A stretch of DNA of 59,415 nucleotides, filler included, from Sphacelaria rigidula (Eukaryota): assembly GCA_964200075.2 (NCBI GenBank). It is 2 parts of 2 records of this genome, joined end to end, with 100 filler letters (N's around TTAATTAATTAA, not from the genome) between each part and the next. Parts side by side here need not be neighbours in the genome. Positions count along the whole stretch, not along the records: positions 1 to 29,698 come from CAXNAA020000075.1; 1 more part is not named here. One strand, 5' to 3'. A program made the translations under genes and the position numbers. Below, piece by piece: positions 1 to 14,500 of this stretch (positions are counted from its first letter, which is position 1; each line of letters starts with the position of its first letter). The notes under the pieces were generated by a model that was not told the origin of the DNA, made no database searches, and saw nothing but the letters and a program-made list of their open reading frames with translations.

Positions 1-81
1 AACAAATGAGTACGCCCCCCCCCCCCCTCCCCCACGTGTTCGCGTGCTAAATGCCTGCCTAACGAATATCGCGCTGAGCAG

Positions 82-3000
82 ATTTGTGGCGAGCCAGGCG
101 CATTCTGGGGCGCTGAGAGCTGATGGGCAAGCGAGCTCGAAGGCCAGGGCAGCCATTTTGCAGGTGTGCAAGAATTTCCAAAACTCAAGACTACGAGACA
201 TGTTGACAGATATGTCGCCAGGCGATGTGCCTTCGCCACTTTGTAGGGTTGGGTGCTGGACCAGTACACACTGATGGTACCAACAGTACTGCCAGTGTAC
301 TGGTGCTGGAAAAAACAGCAGCTAGTACGGGGCCAGTACTATCCGATTTACGTACGTGACGCTAATACGCCGCACCGTCCAACGTGAACCCATCTGATTA
401 CGCCGCAAGTGAAGCCGAATCGCATTTTGTTCTCCTCAAGTTAGACCAACTCGCGTAAAAAGGCGCCCCCGGCGGGGCTTCCCCGCTGACCTGAGGTACT
501 GGCAGGATCCAGTATACCGCCTGCGTACCAGCAGCCAATACATGATATATACTGGTTTGCTGTGCCGGTACCGTGTCCCACCAATTTGGGCATCCCAGGA
601 GCTACAAAAATGAGCTCATTTCAGAATCACGGTGTCCCGTGTGTTTGGTCACGGCGAAGCCAACCTGTCCTACGAAGGCAAAAAAAAAACCCGGCTTCGA
701 ACGTGATCTTGTTCATCATGGAATATTACGCCTATAAAACTACTTTTGATCTTCCGGAAAGTACTTGAAGCGCTTCGGAATATCGCATTTCTCGCAATAT
801 CTGGCACAGCCCTGCGGCGCACCAACGCATGAATATCCGACGCCGCATCTTTGCGATACTCAGTTTTACAGTTTGAGGGCCGCCGCACCCCGGTGGTGTA
901 ATGGCCCGACTGTCATTATTAGGGTGGAGAGAACGAGGGTTCGATCCCCGATGCGTTACGTTTTTTCTTCGCAATGTCTGATTTTCACCGCGGAAGGCGT
1001 GAGAGCGTGAGTAAACAAAGTAGTCGAGTGAGTTTTTTTGACGTGAGTTGACGTGGTGCGGGAGTGGTGATAGTCATGACCCAATCCGCGAGACCAAAAT
1101 GCAAGGCGTGTACTGGGGGAAAGATGGGTTGATCCCCTGAGACCACGGACTCGTCCCGAGGAAGCGGAGGGGTTCCAAATGAGAAAAAAAAAAAACAGCT
1201 GTGAACTGTGCTGTGATGATGGCTTTGACCTCTGTGGGCTGTTCTAGTGCATGTACAATCTAGATTGTGGATATTGCCCAAATAGCGGCGTTTTGGCCCA
1301 CGATTTGTTGAAAATGGACGCTTCTTGGCGGGTATGTCACTCACTAAAGGAGGATTTAAGCTCAAGGTGGACTGTACACGAAGTATATTGATCACAGTCC
1401 TCGTACATTTGACCTTATCCAAAATTTTCGCGAGGGTATATGTCCGCTCGACTTGAGATTCGGCGGCGTCCCATCGTTCAATCAAGTGATTCGCATCTCT
1501 GCGGTTTGGCATGATGGCATGAAATAAAATTTATTGTCATTTTTCTTCTGCTCTGATTGTTCGGATTGGTTTCAGGGGGCTTGGTGAACTCCGGTCTCTG
1601 CAAGTGTGCGCGGTTACTTGACGAGGTACTACATACAAACCGCATTCTTCACGACCCAAGTTTTTGTATATCGCGTGTGTCCGTGACCTGAACCAGGCGA
1701 TGCTGCAGTCGGTGAGGGGACTTAGGCAGAGTGCCACGCTGTGCGGACCTGAAGAACTGCCGTTGACGGTGGACCTTCTCCAGGGCTCAGAAGCGGTCGC
1801 TGCGGTACTGAGCAGGTCTGTTGACTCCGCTATCTGAACGATAATGGAGTCGCAACTGAGGGGTCCTACGCCACGACGGCAAGGGCATTTGAAACACCGA
1901 ACCAAAGGTTCTACATTAAAAAAACAAAAGAGGACAGGTCGAGGCTTCGTCATTGCCCTTCTTGCCCTTTTGTTTCTCCCACACTCACGACACGACAGAG
2001 CATGGAATATCCGTTTTGCCTAGAACGTATGTGATCGACATGTGTTCATGTTTTTTTATTCAAATTCGAAATGACTTTCGCAAAATTTGTTAGATACCCT
2101 GTTCGCTCAAAATAACGTTCCCGAAGATTCGTTCGAACATCTATTCAAACGGAGCATGATATGTACTAGATGAGATATATCTGGAACCGGCCGATGTTTT
2201 TTTTTCTTCTATTGTACATGTGGTTTCTTCACGACTGATGCGTCTCGCGGTGGTCAAATAATAAATGTCAAGTCTTGATAATCATTGTTCTACTCTGTTC
2301 GGTCTTTCGGTCTACCTATGTCGTCATATGTTCGTCGCCTAGCACTGGTATTTGATCCTCGTCTGTTCGTCTCTCTGTCTAACCCCCCCCCCCCTTTCTC
2401 TTTTCTCCGACTCGTTTTTCTTCGCCTGTTTCACCATATATCTTTCATGCCGTCCACCTGTTCTCATGTTTTTTTAACTCTTCTGCTTTACCACACTGGC
2501 GGTGCAGATGTGACGGCGGCGAGGAGTTGAAAGCATCAATGAGCGCCACGCCATCCTCTGCTGCCTTCCTCAAGCAACCGCCAAACGAGCGGAGAGCTAT
2601 CTCACGAGCTACTGGGCGACAAGAAGGCGACCCACTTGCTGGACTGTATAAGGTTAGACAGTGCGGCATACACATCGAAAGTCATCGCGTAGCCTATACA
2701 TTCCACGCCCCCTCCCTCCCTCCCCTCCTTCCCCTTCCCCTTCCCCTTCCCCCGTCCGCCACGCAACTCGTCAGGCTCCCGACAAGACAGTATCCTTGTC
2801 GAGGTTTTTAGGGGTGTGTCATGGTCACGCCGGCTACATGTTCAGGATGAGTGTGCCTCAGGTCTATCCCTTCACCTCTCTCGCCTTCCCCGCCATGTGC
2901 ATGCTAATACTAGCGAAGACCAAACGCAACAGCGTTGTGTCCTTTTACTCAGTGCTGTGCATCCGGCCCCTACCCAAATCGTCGCGGCATTATTCACACC

Positions 3001-6000
3001 CTGGACATTGTTCAATGCAATAGACGCGATCGTCGATACTATGCGCAGTACTCTTTTCGACAGTGTAATCTATTGTCTTTATCCAGGGTGTGGTATTATT
3101 CCGCATTTCTCCGAAGTATTTTTACGGATTTAAGCACGCTTACAGTAGTCCCTCATTCCCGTCTCTGACTCAGTCAGTACCCATTCCTCCAATATACACG
3201 TTTACGCAAGTGTTCACCTGAGTGAATCACACTGTATACGTGCTCGCCCCCACAGTATGTATATCTCCGCCACTGCCCAACCACATTTTAGCGTGATGCA
3301 CAGAAACATCAATCCTGTCTAGGTGGTACACCACTATGGGATTGGTTATTTCCAGGTGGTGAACTCCCATAAAGCGATCCGATGCCTGCTTTCGATTTCA
3401 CGCGCATTTTGTTTCCCATGTGCCACAAAAGCCCAATTCTACGTTGTTTTTTTCCCCCCCGCAAAACGTTCCCTTGATTGACTAACATTACTGGAGTGAG
3501 TGCTCATCAAGAAAATGTCGCTCAACACATGGTGCTCCCAACAGCTGCCCCCTTTCCCCTCAACATGTTCATCCGGGTATTTACCGTTAACATGGCATCC
3601 TGGCAGTCGTACAATCCCCCCCCCCCCCCACCCCCCCCCCCCCCCCCCCCCCCCACCCTACCTCCAACCTCAACCACCNNNNNNNNNNCCCCCCCCCCCC
3701 CCCCCCCCCCCTCTCATTGTCGTATTTTTCTTTCACAATACAACCCCCCCCGCCCTCCCCCCCCCCCCCCCCCCCCCCCCCCTCCCTTGATACACGAATA
3801 CTAGATCACGTATATGCCATAATCAATTCGCGTGTGATGTCCATGTATAATCGCTGATGTTGCCTGCCAAAAACACGACAGTGGTATCCTGGGGACGGTA
3901 GAGTTCTTCCCGTGGAGGAGGCGTTGCGGTTGGTGTCCCGCCTGGTTTTTCAGGAGATGCGTCTCAGAAGGGCGCTCATCAACGGTACGGCATTCGCTGA
4001 TACACGTTCGTCCGGTGAGGGAAAATCAGTGCGTAGATACAGATTCAGTTGCTTCTCGCCCACCACTCGTCCGGTCACATGTTGCCAGGGCATGGGCATT
4101 TTTATGACCCTAGAATGAGGCCTCCGAAGTATAGAGCAGTGAAGAGTTCTCCGTGTTCTTTTTCTTCGCATCGTAGAAGCGAATTGCGTCGTAGATCGCG
4201 GTTCTCGCTCATGGTTGCGTCGTGCTGTTTGTAGCAACACAAGATGATTCCTGAGGGAAAAAAATGAAGAATCGCACGCAAGTCGGACACGTTGTAGAAA
4301 CCAGATGCACTGGACTGTGCTTTGTACGTCAAACTGGGCCGTTCCAAATCGTCGTTGGGCGTTAAAAGTCGAACTTACCTGGTATTATGTCGTGAAAGTC
4401 GTTTTCACTTCCGCAGCGACCAGTGGTTGATCTACCCAACCTTGAGGGAAGAAAAATCTTCTGGTTCCACGTGGGGCAGAGGCAGCACGAAGCGGTGCGC
4501 GACAAGCACGTGGCAGCTCGTCAACTCTGTGTCTACCCTCGGGTAGGATGAAGAAGGCGCCGAAGTTAATAGTAATGACGGTACTGGATTGGCGAGTATA
4601 CGTCTGTGACCGCGGGTATTTGCTCACTACTAGCCCGATCTCTCGTAGGCTGTGCTGTTGAATAATCGCGTATTTTATCGCATCATTTCATTTCACCTTC
4701 ACCACAGCAACGCATACTTCCGTTGTGAAGGGCGAGCTCACCAGTTGAATCTTGGCATATAACTTGTTGTTATTCTTCTTGTTGTCTTCAAATTTAAATA
4801 TACAACGCTCCCGTATTATTGTGGGCTGGACTGCAAAAGGGGCTTCCATGTCCACGGAGACCTATTGCTCGAGGTGGGAGGCCACGCTTGAGGGCACAAC
4901 GTCGCCACTGCTGGAGTTCCTACAGCGCATGGGCGCACAACAGCTCTGCGTTCGGGTGGTGGCTCTCATGGCCATACCTCCCCCAACCACGGTCGACGTC
5001 CTCAACATGTCCTTCGCCGGACTGGCAAACAAGGTGGCGTTTCCGGTTTTCACCCGCATTTTTTTGTTCCGACCTCCGAACAGTAGAAGTGTCATTTTCC
5101 AAATCGGTAGCTTCAAGCATCACGATGAAGATATCGAACATATACATACATAGATACACATACTCCTTCCGTTTGCTGCGGGGGAAGAGTGGGGTTCGTC
5201 ACCGTTCAAGAGGTATCCCGACAGGTGCATACCCCGCCCAACATCGTTGGGTTGAGTGTAATCTGAGCTCTCGTGACCATATCATCGCCCTCTTGCTGTG
5301 ATGCGGGCGATTTTCCTCGGCTGTCATGGTGCGGCACTGCAGTTCGCCGCAGTTCGAGGATTGCTAACGACTACACACACTTTCTGTGCTTTGGTTGTGT
5401 TGACTTTTTCTTGTTACTTTTTCCTTGTTTTGTTACGACTTAGTCTGCTATGCCGTTCTGTTCGACTTTTTTTTTCTGCTTCTTTTCTTCAGAGCGTGCT
5501 TCAGTTTTGTTTTTGTTGGGTACGTACGTCTATCATGACACCACGGCTGTACCCCTGGGGGGTCAGTTAAATTGCGACAATCAATCAATCAATCAAACAC
5601 ATCCGTTGTCCACGACCGCATCCCGCGCACCCTCGCATTTTTGCGCTGCCGTACGCACCCGTCTGCTACCCACCCGACACATGTGTCCCCTACGTTTTGA
5701 TGATGCTAGTGCTCCTCTTCAGGCCACGCTAGTATCCTCTCGGCGGAAGTTTGATAGCGTGAGCGTAGCGAGTCTGCCGTGTGCTTGAAAATTTCAAGCC
5801 ACGAATCTGCCCGCCAGGTTTACCATTCGTACAGTATCAATCGATCGCGATCTTTCACGCAGCATGTTGCACGAAGTAAAATGAAAGTACATTGGTGAAT
5901 TATTTGCTGAGATGTGGAAAACGCTCCCACCATGCCCTGTTGACTACAAAGTGGAACATGCTCTGAACAATACTATAATTGAGCCGTGCTTTTTTTTTTT

Positions 6001-9000
6001 TTTCTGTTTGCATTGTGGCTTGTGTGTGCGTGTGTCTGTATCTGTGTGCCAGGTGCTGCACGTGAACGACCTTGACTGTCCGATGGCCATCGGGTACATG
6101 TTAGCTCTGGACAAGAACGAAGCCTACGAAATCTTCAAACGTAATATCCGGCTCTCCAAGGACGACTACGGCAGGTGCAATAACTGTGTGTGTGTTTGTG
6201 TGCTCGTGGGGTATTTGTTGCGTTTCTTTTTCATGTCTGTATTGCAGTGGTGCTTTACTTCAAGCCGTCCGTGAACGGTATTTGTCGCATGTACAAATGC
6301 TGCTCGGTGAAGGACAGAGTCATCCATTGATTCGCTAGAAAAAAACTCGGTAAACCGCTCACTTACCGTGTGATTGATTCGTTCCCTGTAACCGTAAGGT
6401 CAAGCGGTGGATGCCGCACTCCCTTCATCCCAGAAGAGTTAACCGGCGTTGGGCTACAAATGTCCATGATTGATATCACTTGATTTGAGTTTGTGCAACG
6501 AGAATCGGATCTTCAGCAGGGCTGACAGTCCCGTGTGCTCCTCGCGTGCGCAGAACGCATGTACGTTGAAATAGGCGCCACAGGCGCCGATTTGAAGTCT
6601 ACCAAGGCCGCACTTTGCCGAGTGAATCCCATGTGCCACCCTTGCCCGAGGGTTCTCGGTATGCGTTGGGTTGGGGTTAGGGTTAGGCATGACGATACTT
6701 GTAAAATTGTGTCAACCATGGACATTTGTAGCCCAATGTCGGTAATCTAGCCTCCTTCATCCCCTGAGTGTGTTGTCGGAGTGGACGACGGGTATTCGCA
6801 TAGTCAATCAGGCTCTGAAGACGGAGGAGTATCGTACTCGTATCCCTCCGAGTAATGTTGCGGCATGTGTTCCGTGAGTTGATGCAACCAGTGCCGAACA
6901 GCATGGCATCGGCCATTGCGATCCACCTTCTGAAGAGCACTTGACCGTAATTCTAGCCCTTGGGGGTTAGAATATCGTGCCGACTGTGTGATTGAATCCC
7001 TTGATGCTCAGAGCAAGCTGCTACTTGCTGGCTCTATTTTTTCGTGCGAAGACTCTTCCCCGTGATATTTGTACCACGCTAGATGCGTTTTTTTCTCAAA
7101 GTAGCGCGCGCTAAAAGACATGAAAAGTGTCCATGAGATACGTCGGTTTTTTGGATGACTACTTTTTTGCTTTGCAGCTGTGTCATCGATTTTTTCGATG
7201 GTTGGATATACACATACTGCAGAAATGGACCACAAAAACTAATTACTTCTCGTCCAAGACTGCAGGACCATCATATTCAGATATCCTCGGGCAACCTACA
7301 AACGCTGTCTTTGCAGTTATACAGTGTGTTCGCTACCACTGTGCATAATTGTGGCATGGCTCATACGGAGGTACTCCCTTGTAAGTGTAAAAGTCGCGCA
7401 TAGTATCTAGCTCAAGAATCTCCCAGTGCAACACGTTTTTTTTCTTTTTTCTCGCCACACTATCAGCCCTCACCTCTTTTCGCAACGAGTACGTCGATTC
7501 AAAGGATCGTCACCCCATTACTCGTTTTAGTATTGCGAAATGAATCAGCACCCTCACCCTCAGGACATGGCCGACTCTCCGTCAAATATACTTTTCTTTT
7601 CGCTACGAGCTGGGCCAGCAGTAAATCCCGCATTCGTTTGCCACACCACAGCTCCTCAAGTTTCGCAAATCAGCGCGACTTGAGCATATCGCTGTGAACT
7701 GCAGACCAACCTGATAACACACGGCACCGCTGCTGAGTGAAGAAAAAAAATGAGAAAAAAATATGTACTGCAAAATATGTGACCTTGACGACGGACGAAA
7801 GAGAACGAGAATCCATCGGTACCCAGCCTCATGACCTCCATAACTGGAGTCTCCTGGATCACTTGGTTTAAAGGGGCGCGACCGTGTCACACGAGAAGTG
7901 CCATGCGGCGCCCAACTTGAGGTATTTTTGCTCGAAAATTTACCGCGATGTTTGGACGCGAGGGCACACAACGTTGTTCGGGGTGCAGCCGCTTTTATCA
8001 TTTTTTTTCACGAAGTTATAGCATTTTTCCTGTTTTTGCTGGAACTTCAACTCGCTCTAATTTCCTGTTTTTTTTTTTTTTTTTCTCTGCACCTCCCATA
8101 GGGTCGCGTGGGTTGATGATGAAAACGTCGTGCCAAATTTCAGCGCCCAACTCTTCGAATCATCTGCAGCATCGCATTGCCATCCTTCATTCAAAAATCA
8201 CTGTCAGCTGGCCCAGCTCGTACTTATTGCTCCCGTCTTCAACGACGGAAAACGGTATATGACCCCCGCGCGCCACCTGTCAGGAGTCGAACCCTTAATT
8301 TTCTGCCTCAACTGGTACAATTTCGACCACCGGGGTGCAGAGGCATACATGTAAGTCGGCACAGACCCAGAGTATGCCTCTCGAGTTCGTATCGGGTAGG
8401 GAAGTGCGGAAACAATCCTGCTGTGCAAATCGACCGCCTTCATGGTGTCTCCCGAAGGGGGTCACGGACAAACCGGGGGCGTGTATGTACCCATATATAC
8501 TTCAGCCCATTGCGCGAAGAACTCCGCTGTGCAGATCCCGCCCGGTTGTGGACCCAAGAAAAAGGGTACGGGTGAAATAGGGTATAACGGAGTCGCTCTT
8601 CATAGACATTTGATTTGTATGAATTTCTTCATGACATGCTTTATCCTGAGCAGCGCCGTCCTCCCCTTTGTCGATCGCTACCAACCGCATGTTTGGTAAG
8701 ATAGGAAAAATGTTCTCTGACTCCCAGATTTTGGTAAAAAACAGAAGAATCCTAACGAAGCGTTTGGTTTCAGGATGTGATTATCAATGCGATTGCCTTG
8801 GACAATTCTAGTCGATACTATACTACGCACCGGCGAGAAGAGTGCTTAACAAAATATTTGTGAGATTCAGAGCGTGATATCGGATTCAGAGTGGATGCTC
8901 TAGCGTTCCCAACAGGCACCTCTTCTTTTTTTTTTCGAGCACACGTCCTGTGCATGCAGCTACCGTACAATACCCCATTCGAGGAATTCGGCGGTTTGGT

Positions 9001-11558
9001 TGGTGAGATACCGCACAAAGCATTTTCACGCCTGGAGAGGCATTTCGGAACTGAAACTGTTTCAGGCACTAATCGATTTTTCCTGAAAAAGGGGATATTT
9101 TGTTGCAATGGAATGACTACGTCGTTGCGATCAAGCGATGTGTCAAGTTGATCGTGCAGGTAACAGCTTTCATTGAAGCCACCGGCTGGGCGCATTACTC
9201 CTCGAACTGTGGCGATGTCCAAATCGACGGGAAAGTCCATTGTTTCGGGTCTCGCTCTGAATCCGATGTTACACTCTGAATCTCACGAATATATTGTTGC
9301 TTGTATTTCGCACACCCTTGAAGAGAACCGGCGTGTTGCCCCGTAGTTTGATTCAACGCTCCTTTTTCGACTCTGACGATGGCTTCGTCCCTGTCGTTGT
9401 CTGATGCCTCTATCTCTGTCTGCTCGTCTGCTCGTCTGCTGTCTCTGTCTCTGTATCTGTCTTTATGTCCTGCCTCTCTGTCTGCAGACTGCAATCAGTG
9501 GCCCGTGTCGGCATGCACGCCGTGCGTGCCTGGGACGATCACGACCTGCTGCACCAGGTAATGGAAGTGGAGCGGGACGCGCACTGGTGGCACGTGTTGA
9601 CGACCATGGACGTGCCCTTCGACTATCGTGGGTAAGCGAGCGTGCGTTTTAATAAACGAAAACAAGTACCAGAACGAGGACATTTATCAGATGAAGTCCA
9701 CTTAGGACTCCCGAGCGCTGGGCCACGCCGTATCGCATCTTCGCTGTCTGTCACGTTGTCGGCCTGTTGTTTTACCTTCACATTTACTATCAGAGATGGT
9801 TTCTGCCAACCTGTTTCGTCGTGCAGCATTTCGGCTAGGCCAGATCGACGCTTCGTCCAACGCTTTTTTGTGTTACAACACTCTGCGGGTATCGTGACGG
9901 CATCCATCTGAAGAGGATAGTCCGATACAACAAGCAATAAATACTACGCGAAGTGAAATATGACGCCATGATAATAAGCATACCTGTTGGTTGTAGACAA
10001 TGAAATGGCGTATCTCACGTCACCAATAGAAAAGATGATAATGAGCATACTTGTTGGTTGAGGGCAATGAAATGTCGTATCTCACGTCACCCTCGTTGTC
10101 CCTGATGGAGCAGTAGTGATACCAACGACGACTTTAGACCCGTTGGGTGATCGAAAATGACGTCGTGGATATTCAAGTTGTTGCGTATACTGTAGAAATT
10201 AGTTAGAAGGATAACGTACCGATCCGTGGGTAATCCATCAGACAACCTGCCTACAAAAATGCCAGGATTGTTGATTGGGAGAAGAACAAAAGAAAAGATG
10301 AACAAACAGAAGAGGAACTTCAATGATGAGTATTGTTGTGGCAGGTTCTCGAGGGAAGGCAACCAGGTGCCAGGAGAGTATCAGCGGTCCTTGGTGCCCG
10401 CACTACTGGAGCGTTCGGGTGGAGATCTGACGCTGACGGTGGAATTCTGCGAGCGCTACGGCGTGGGCGAAGCTTTCCCGTGTCTCCTCTACGTGGACAA
10501 CCTCTTGAGTATGCCTTGCACATCCCCCCACGACATCTCGTACCAGGTGTGTACACCGTTGCAGAGGTTGGTCAGAAAGCCCCCCCCCTTCCCCCCTCTC
10601 CTCCTCCCCACCCCTTCGGCCACGTCAATCCTTGATGTCTGATGCGCGACGGGCTGGGTGTTTCAAAAAGCCATAACTGACTGATTTGATTTTTTTATTG
10701 ATTGTACTTTAACTGAACCTCCCCCCAAGGGGTCCAGCCGTGGTCGCATGATAGACGTATCAAAAAAAGCAAAATTGAAACACTCGCTGAAGGAAAGAAG
10801 GAGCAGAAAAATGTCGAACAGAACGACATGGTAGACTAAGATGTAAAAAACAAAATGATCAAAAAGGCAGCAAAAGCAGAGTACAGAAAGAGATGGGCGA
10901 ACTAAAAAAAAAGAATGAAAGAAAATGAAAAAAAACGGGGAAAGCTCAAGGGATTCAGGGCAGCAGAGTAGATACAAACACGCACCAGTGGGCACCGCAG
11001 TAATAAATCTGTCGACAAAAACTTGAGAAATCTTTTCAACCGCACCTTGTTCGGATTTGATCGCCAAGAAGGAAGCGAGAGGGGAAAAGCGTCCCCATCC
11101 CTTCGGCCGTGCTCTACTACGATGCCTGATGCTCAAACAGGTTGGATAACTCGAAGTGCTATCCTGTTGTCGAGAAAGCGCCAAGAGACCTGTTCTATAA
11201 TACAGTTTTTCAGTATGTTGTATTCGGTCCCTGAAAGGCAAGCGGGGGCGAAGACCGTCTTGACCCGCCGTTCACGAGTTGGAGAGGTGTTTGACCGCCC
11301 ACCTGGCAATTTTGAAAATCGAATGCGTGACTGCATTGTTTGAAAGGTGATTCTCCGGCCGTTCGAACCTTCTTGTATATCCCCGCTCTCAGGTACATGA
11401 GTGGTTGCACCACACAAATGTCGCTGTGGGATCACTATGCGAAGTTACTAAAAAACGTGATGCCATTCAGTTGTTTTCATATATCAGTGACTCACGGTGG
11501 CCGGTCACAACCGCAAGTAGTGTCTACTACGGAGTACTCCGTATTCAGTCATGCACGT

Positions 11559-11595
<37 letters not shown>

Positions 11596-14500
11596 TACTA
11601 TTATTATTATTACTATTTTTATTTTTATTTTTTTCAGCACATTAGTCCGATCACTCGAATCCGTGGTCACAGACGTAGGCTCGTCTTTCCAATACCGTCC
11701 CCGCTATTCCTTACGAGACATGGAGTCCTCCACCATTTTTTATAGACTCCAGCCTGATTGTAAGAACAAACGCAGTCAATCACAATATAACCAAAATGAA
11801 AATATAATGAGAGACGCCGAGAAAAACATGAGAAACAGCTTCCCTGAGTTTGTGATATGTGGTCAACCTTTTGCATTGTGTTGTTCCATGTCTGTGGTAC
11901 AACGGACAGTGCCGTACGTACACATGATCTTGTGGCATTTCCTTGTGTTGGCAATCTTTCCCTCGCGCACACACACAAAGAAATGACCACGAGTACGCGC
12001 GCACACGTCTCTTGTTAGCTGTAGATACCAGTAATGTACAGTTGTTTTGTATCGTGTGTGCTTCCCGTTGTCTTGTGTCCTGTGTCCCCTACCCCCCGCC
12101 GAACATATCACGGCGCTTCGCGGTTGGTGATGGCGAGCCTGGTCCGACGAAAACCCAGCGTGCTCTGTCCCGACTTTGCAGGGATGCGAGGCCAACGGTC
12201 CCGTGACTCTTGGCATGCAGAATCATGAGTACACCACCCCCCTCTAACACACACGCGCACACGCACACACCTCATACCGGAGATGTGTGCTGCAGTAGAC
12301 GTCGTCGTACTCCAGAAATTATTGTGCTCAACGGTTTCCGGGTTTCCCCGTCGGGTATTCGACCCCCGCTACAACACTCTTCAAGCAGCAGATACAGGCC
12401 ACGCACAAAAGTTGCATAAGTGTTTTGTCAAAAATAACACGTCAAATAATGCTGATGCGGTTGACAATAGCCACCACTGTACTGCCAATCCCGACGATTT
12501 GCTTGTTTGTCCATCCTGCTGTTCAGAGAGCGTGGCTCACCTGCCTATTGTTGGATAAGTGGAGACAGCATTGCAAGAAATCCCGAAGCGAGCATCGCCA
12601 CAAGCGTAGGAAACATTCCCTGTACGCGCGATGATGAGCAGTACTACTTCGTTTTGGGCAGGGTCGGTCCGTTCGAGAAATGATGTGTTTATTTGACTCA
12701 GAGTTGCTCCGTGATTCGACCATGTAGAAGTAACACAACACCTTTATTTCACAATTTCAGTATAGAGGTCGATCAGAATTCAGAGGAAACTCTCAAGTAT
12801 TCGTATTCTCTCTCTTCTTTTTTCTTCCTGTTTTCTGTCCTTGTTTCGAAACTCGTGCAGGAAAGTATCGTCAAGGTACTGCCGGCGGTGCACGGATCGT
12901 TCCTCGCACGTTTGCTACGGCACATGCTAGATGATGGCCAGATCAATGACCGTGACTACGAGAGACTCGCCTTCGTGCACGAGCTGTTGCTGTCTGAAAA
13001 GTGTCAGGTACAGCCCTCCGTCAGCGTCGGGTTGTCGTCATCGTCTGCATTGTTGGTGTTTGTGTTGGTCATGGTGGGATGAAAGCGTTGAAAAGCTGAT
13101 GATGCTGGTGTCTTGCTTGTCACATGCCTTATTTTTTTTTCCAACTCATGTTTATCGAACAGTTCAAGTATCGCCCGCCCCTGTGGCAAAGCAACAGAGA
13201 ACAGAACTCACATAGTTGCACTATATGAGCAGGAACGAGACGTGCTAGAGGGGAGAAATGCGGGAAGCAAAGGAAAGGTGGCATGGAATCGTTTGATGCG
13301 TTGGACAGTAGCGAGAAAACGATGGCGATACGAAGAGATGGGACACTTTCTACGGCAGTCCCCCTCGAAGACCAGCCCAGAACTGGCACGAAGATAATGA
13401 TCATACAGCGCCTGATGTTTGGCTTCGGGCTGCATGAAGCGCCTCATGTGGGTGACAGTGCCGAAAACGAACCCAGGCGTGGGAATTCCCAGCTGCTCGT
13501 TGAGCTCGGCATTTTTCATTGCGATTCACGTGTAAATGTTGCCTCCCCAAACCAGTCACTTTTTTGGAGGGGGCTAGCTTAGAGAGCGTCATAAATGGTA
13601 CTTTAGCCACAGACGGCGAAACAAGACGGGGGTAAGGTGTGTACAATGTTTTTGTGTACTGTATAGAAAAAATGTAATGAGCACCTAACTGTTTGAGTCT
13701 GGAGTAGGAGTAGGAACGGTGCTCGGTCTCGAAAGGGATGCGTGGTCAATGATCAAACGACTAAGGCAAGCACCAAATGATTACCCCCCCCCCCCCCCCC
13801 CCCTTCTCCCCACGCGCCAGAGTGAAGAAGAAGATACCCCAGAGGAGAAGGAGTGGCTGGAAGACAGGCTAGATGCCCTCGAGATGCTGAAAGCCTACAC
13901 CAGCCCCTGGCCCGTTGATCGGAACGGAAAAGCGATCAACGCCATGGATGATGCCAATACAGGCGGGGGCAAGGAAGAGACCAAGGGCGAGGCCTCTCTA
14001 CCGTACATGGCTCGGCCGTCAGTCGTGAAGGACCCGGGACATGAGGTTTGTGTGTTTGGGTGGGTTTTACTCGTGTGCTGGGGTTACCCGAAGAGCTTCA
14101 CACAGTACTTTACACTTTGAAGATGCGTGGGGGATGAACGACGAGACATTTCCGCCCCACTTGTTGAAATGTTATTACTGAGGCTAGGCGGGGTGAGTGC
14201 TGAGCTTCTTGACACCTGTGGAGAGCGCAGGTTCTGATGTTTGTGATTGAGAGGAAGGTGGGTTTCGGCTTGCGCATGCTTTGCATAGGATGAGTGCAAG
14301 AGAGTGCGGCGTAGCAGCACCCACGGTTTTGGCCCATGTTTGCGTTTGCGCAAGCAAACGGATAGGGTTGGACACGAGTCCAATTGCACGGATAAACGAC
14401 TGCACGTGAAGAGCATAACAACCCCTCTCCGTACCGTACCGTACCGTACCGTACCGTACGATTTTCCTTCCGTCCCTTGTAACACATGCACGCTACGAGC

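Noticed and set aside
878-955. tRNA gene
   Set aside because: A/B boxes are present but I cannot build a convincing cloverleaf, and the segment is fused to a repeated body and tail, so it is a SINE head. The same applies at 56774.
3478-3804. Poly-proline ORFs
   Set aside because: Produced by long poly-C runs next to an N gap; low-quality or low-complexity intron sequence.
6672-6688. Telomere-like TTAGGG repeats
   Set aside because: Only about two units; not distinguishable from chance.
11340-11986. ORFs with poly-Leu/Ile/Tyr
   Set aside because: Translations of an (ATT)n microsatellite inside an intron.
13190-13560. Possible decayed LINE ORF2 C-terminal fragment
   Set aside because: Only vague resemblance across broken frames; not supportable without a search.
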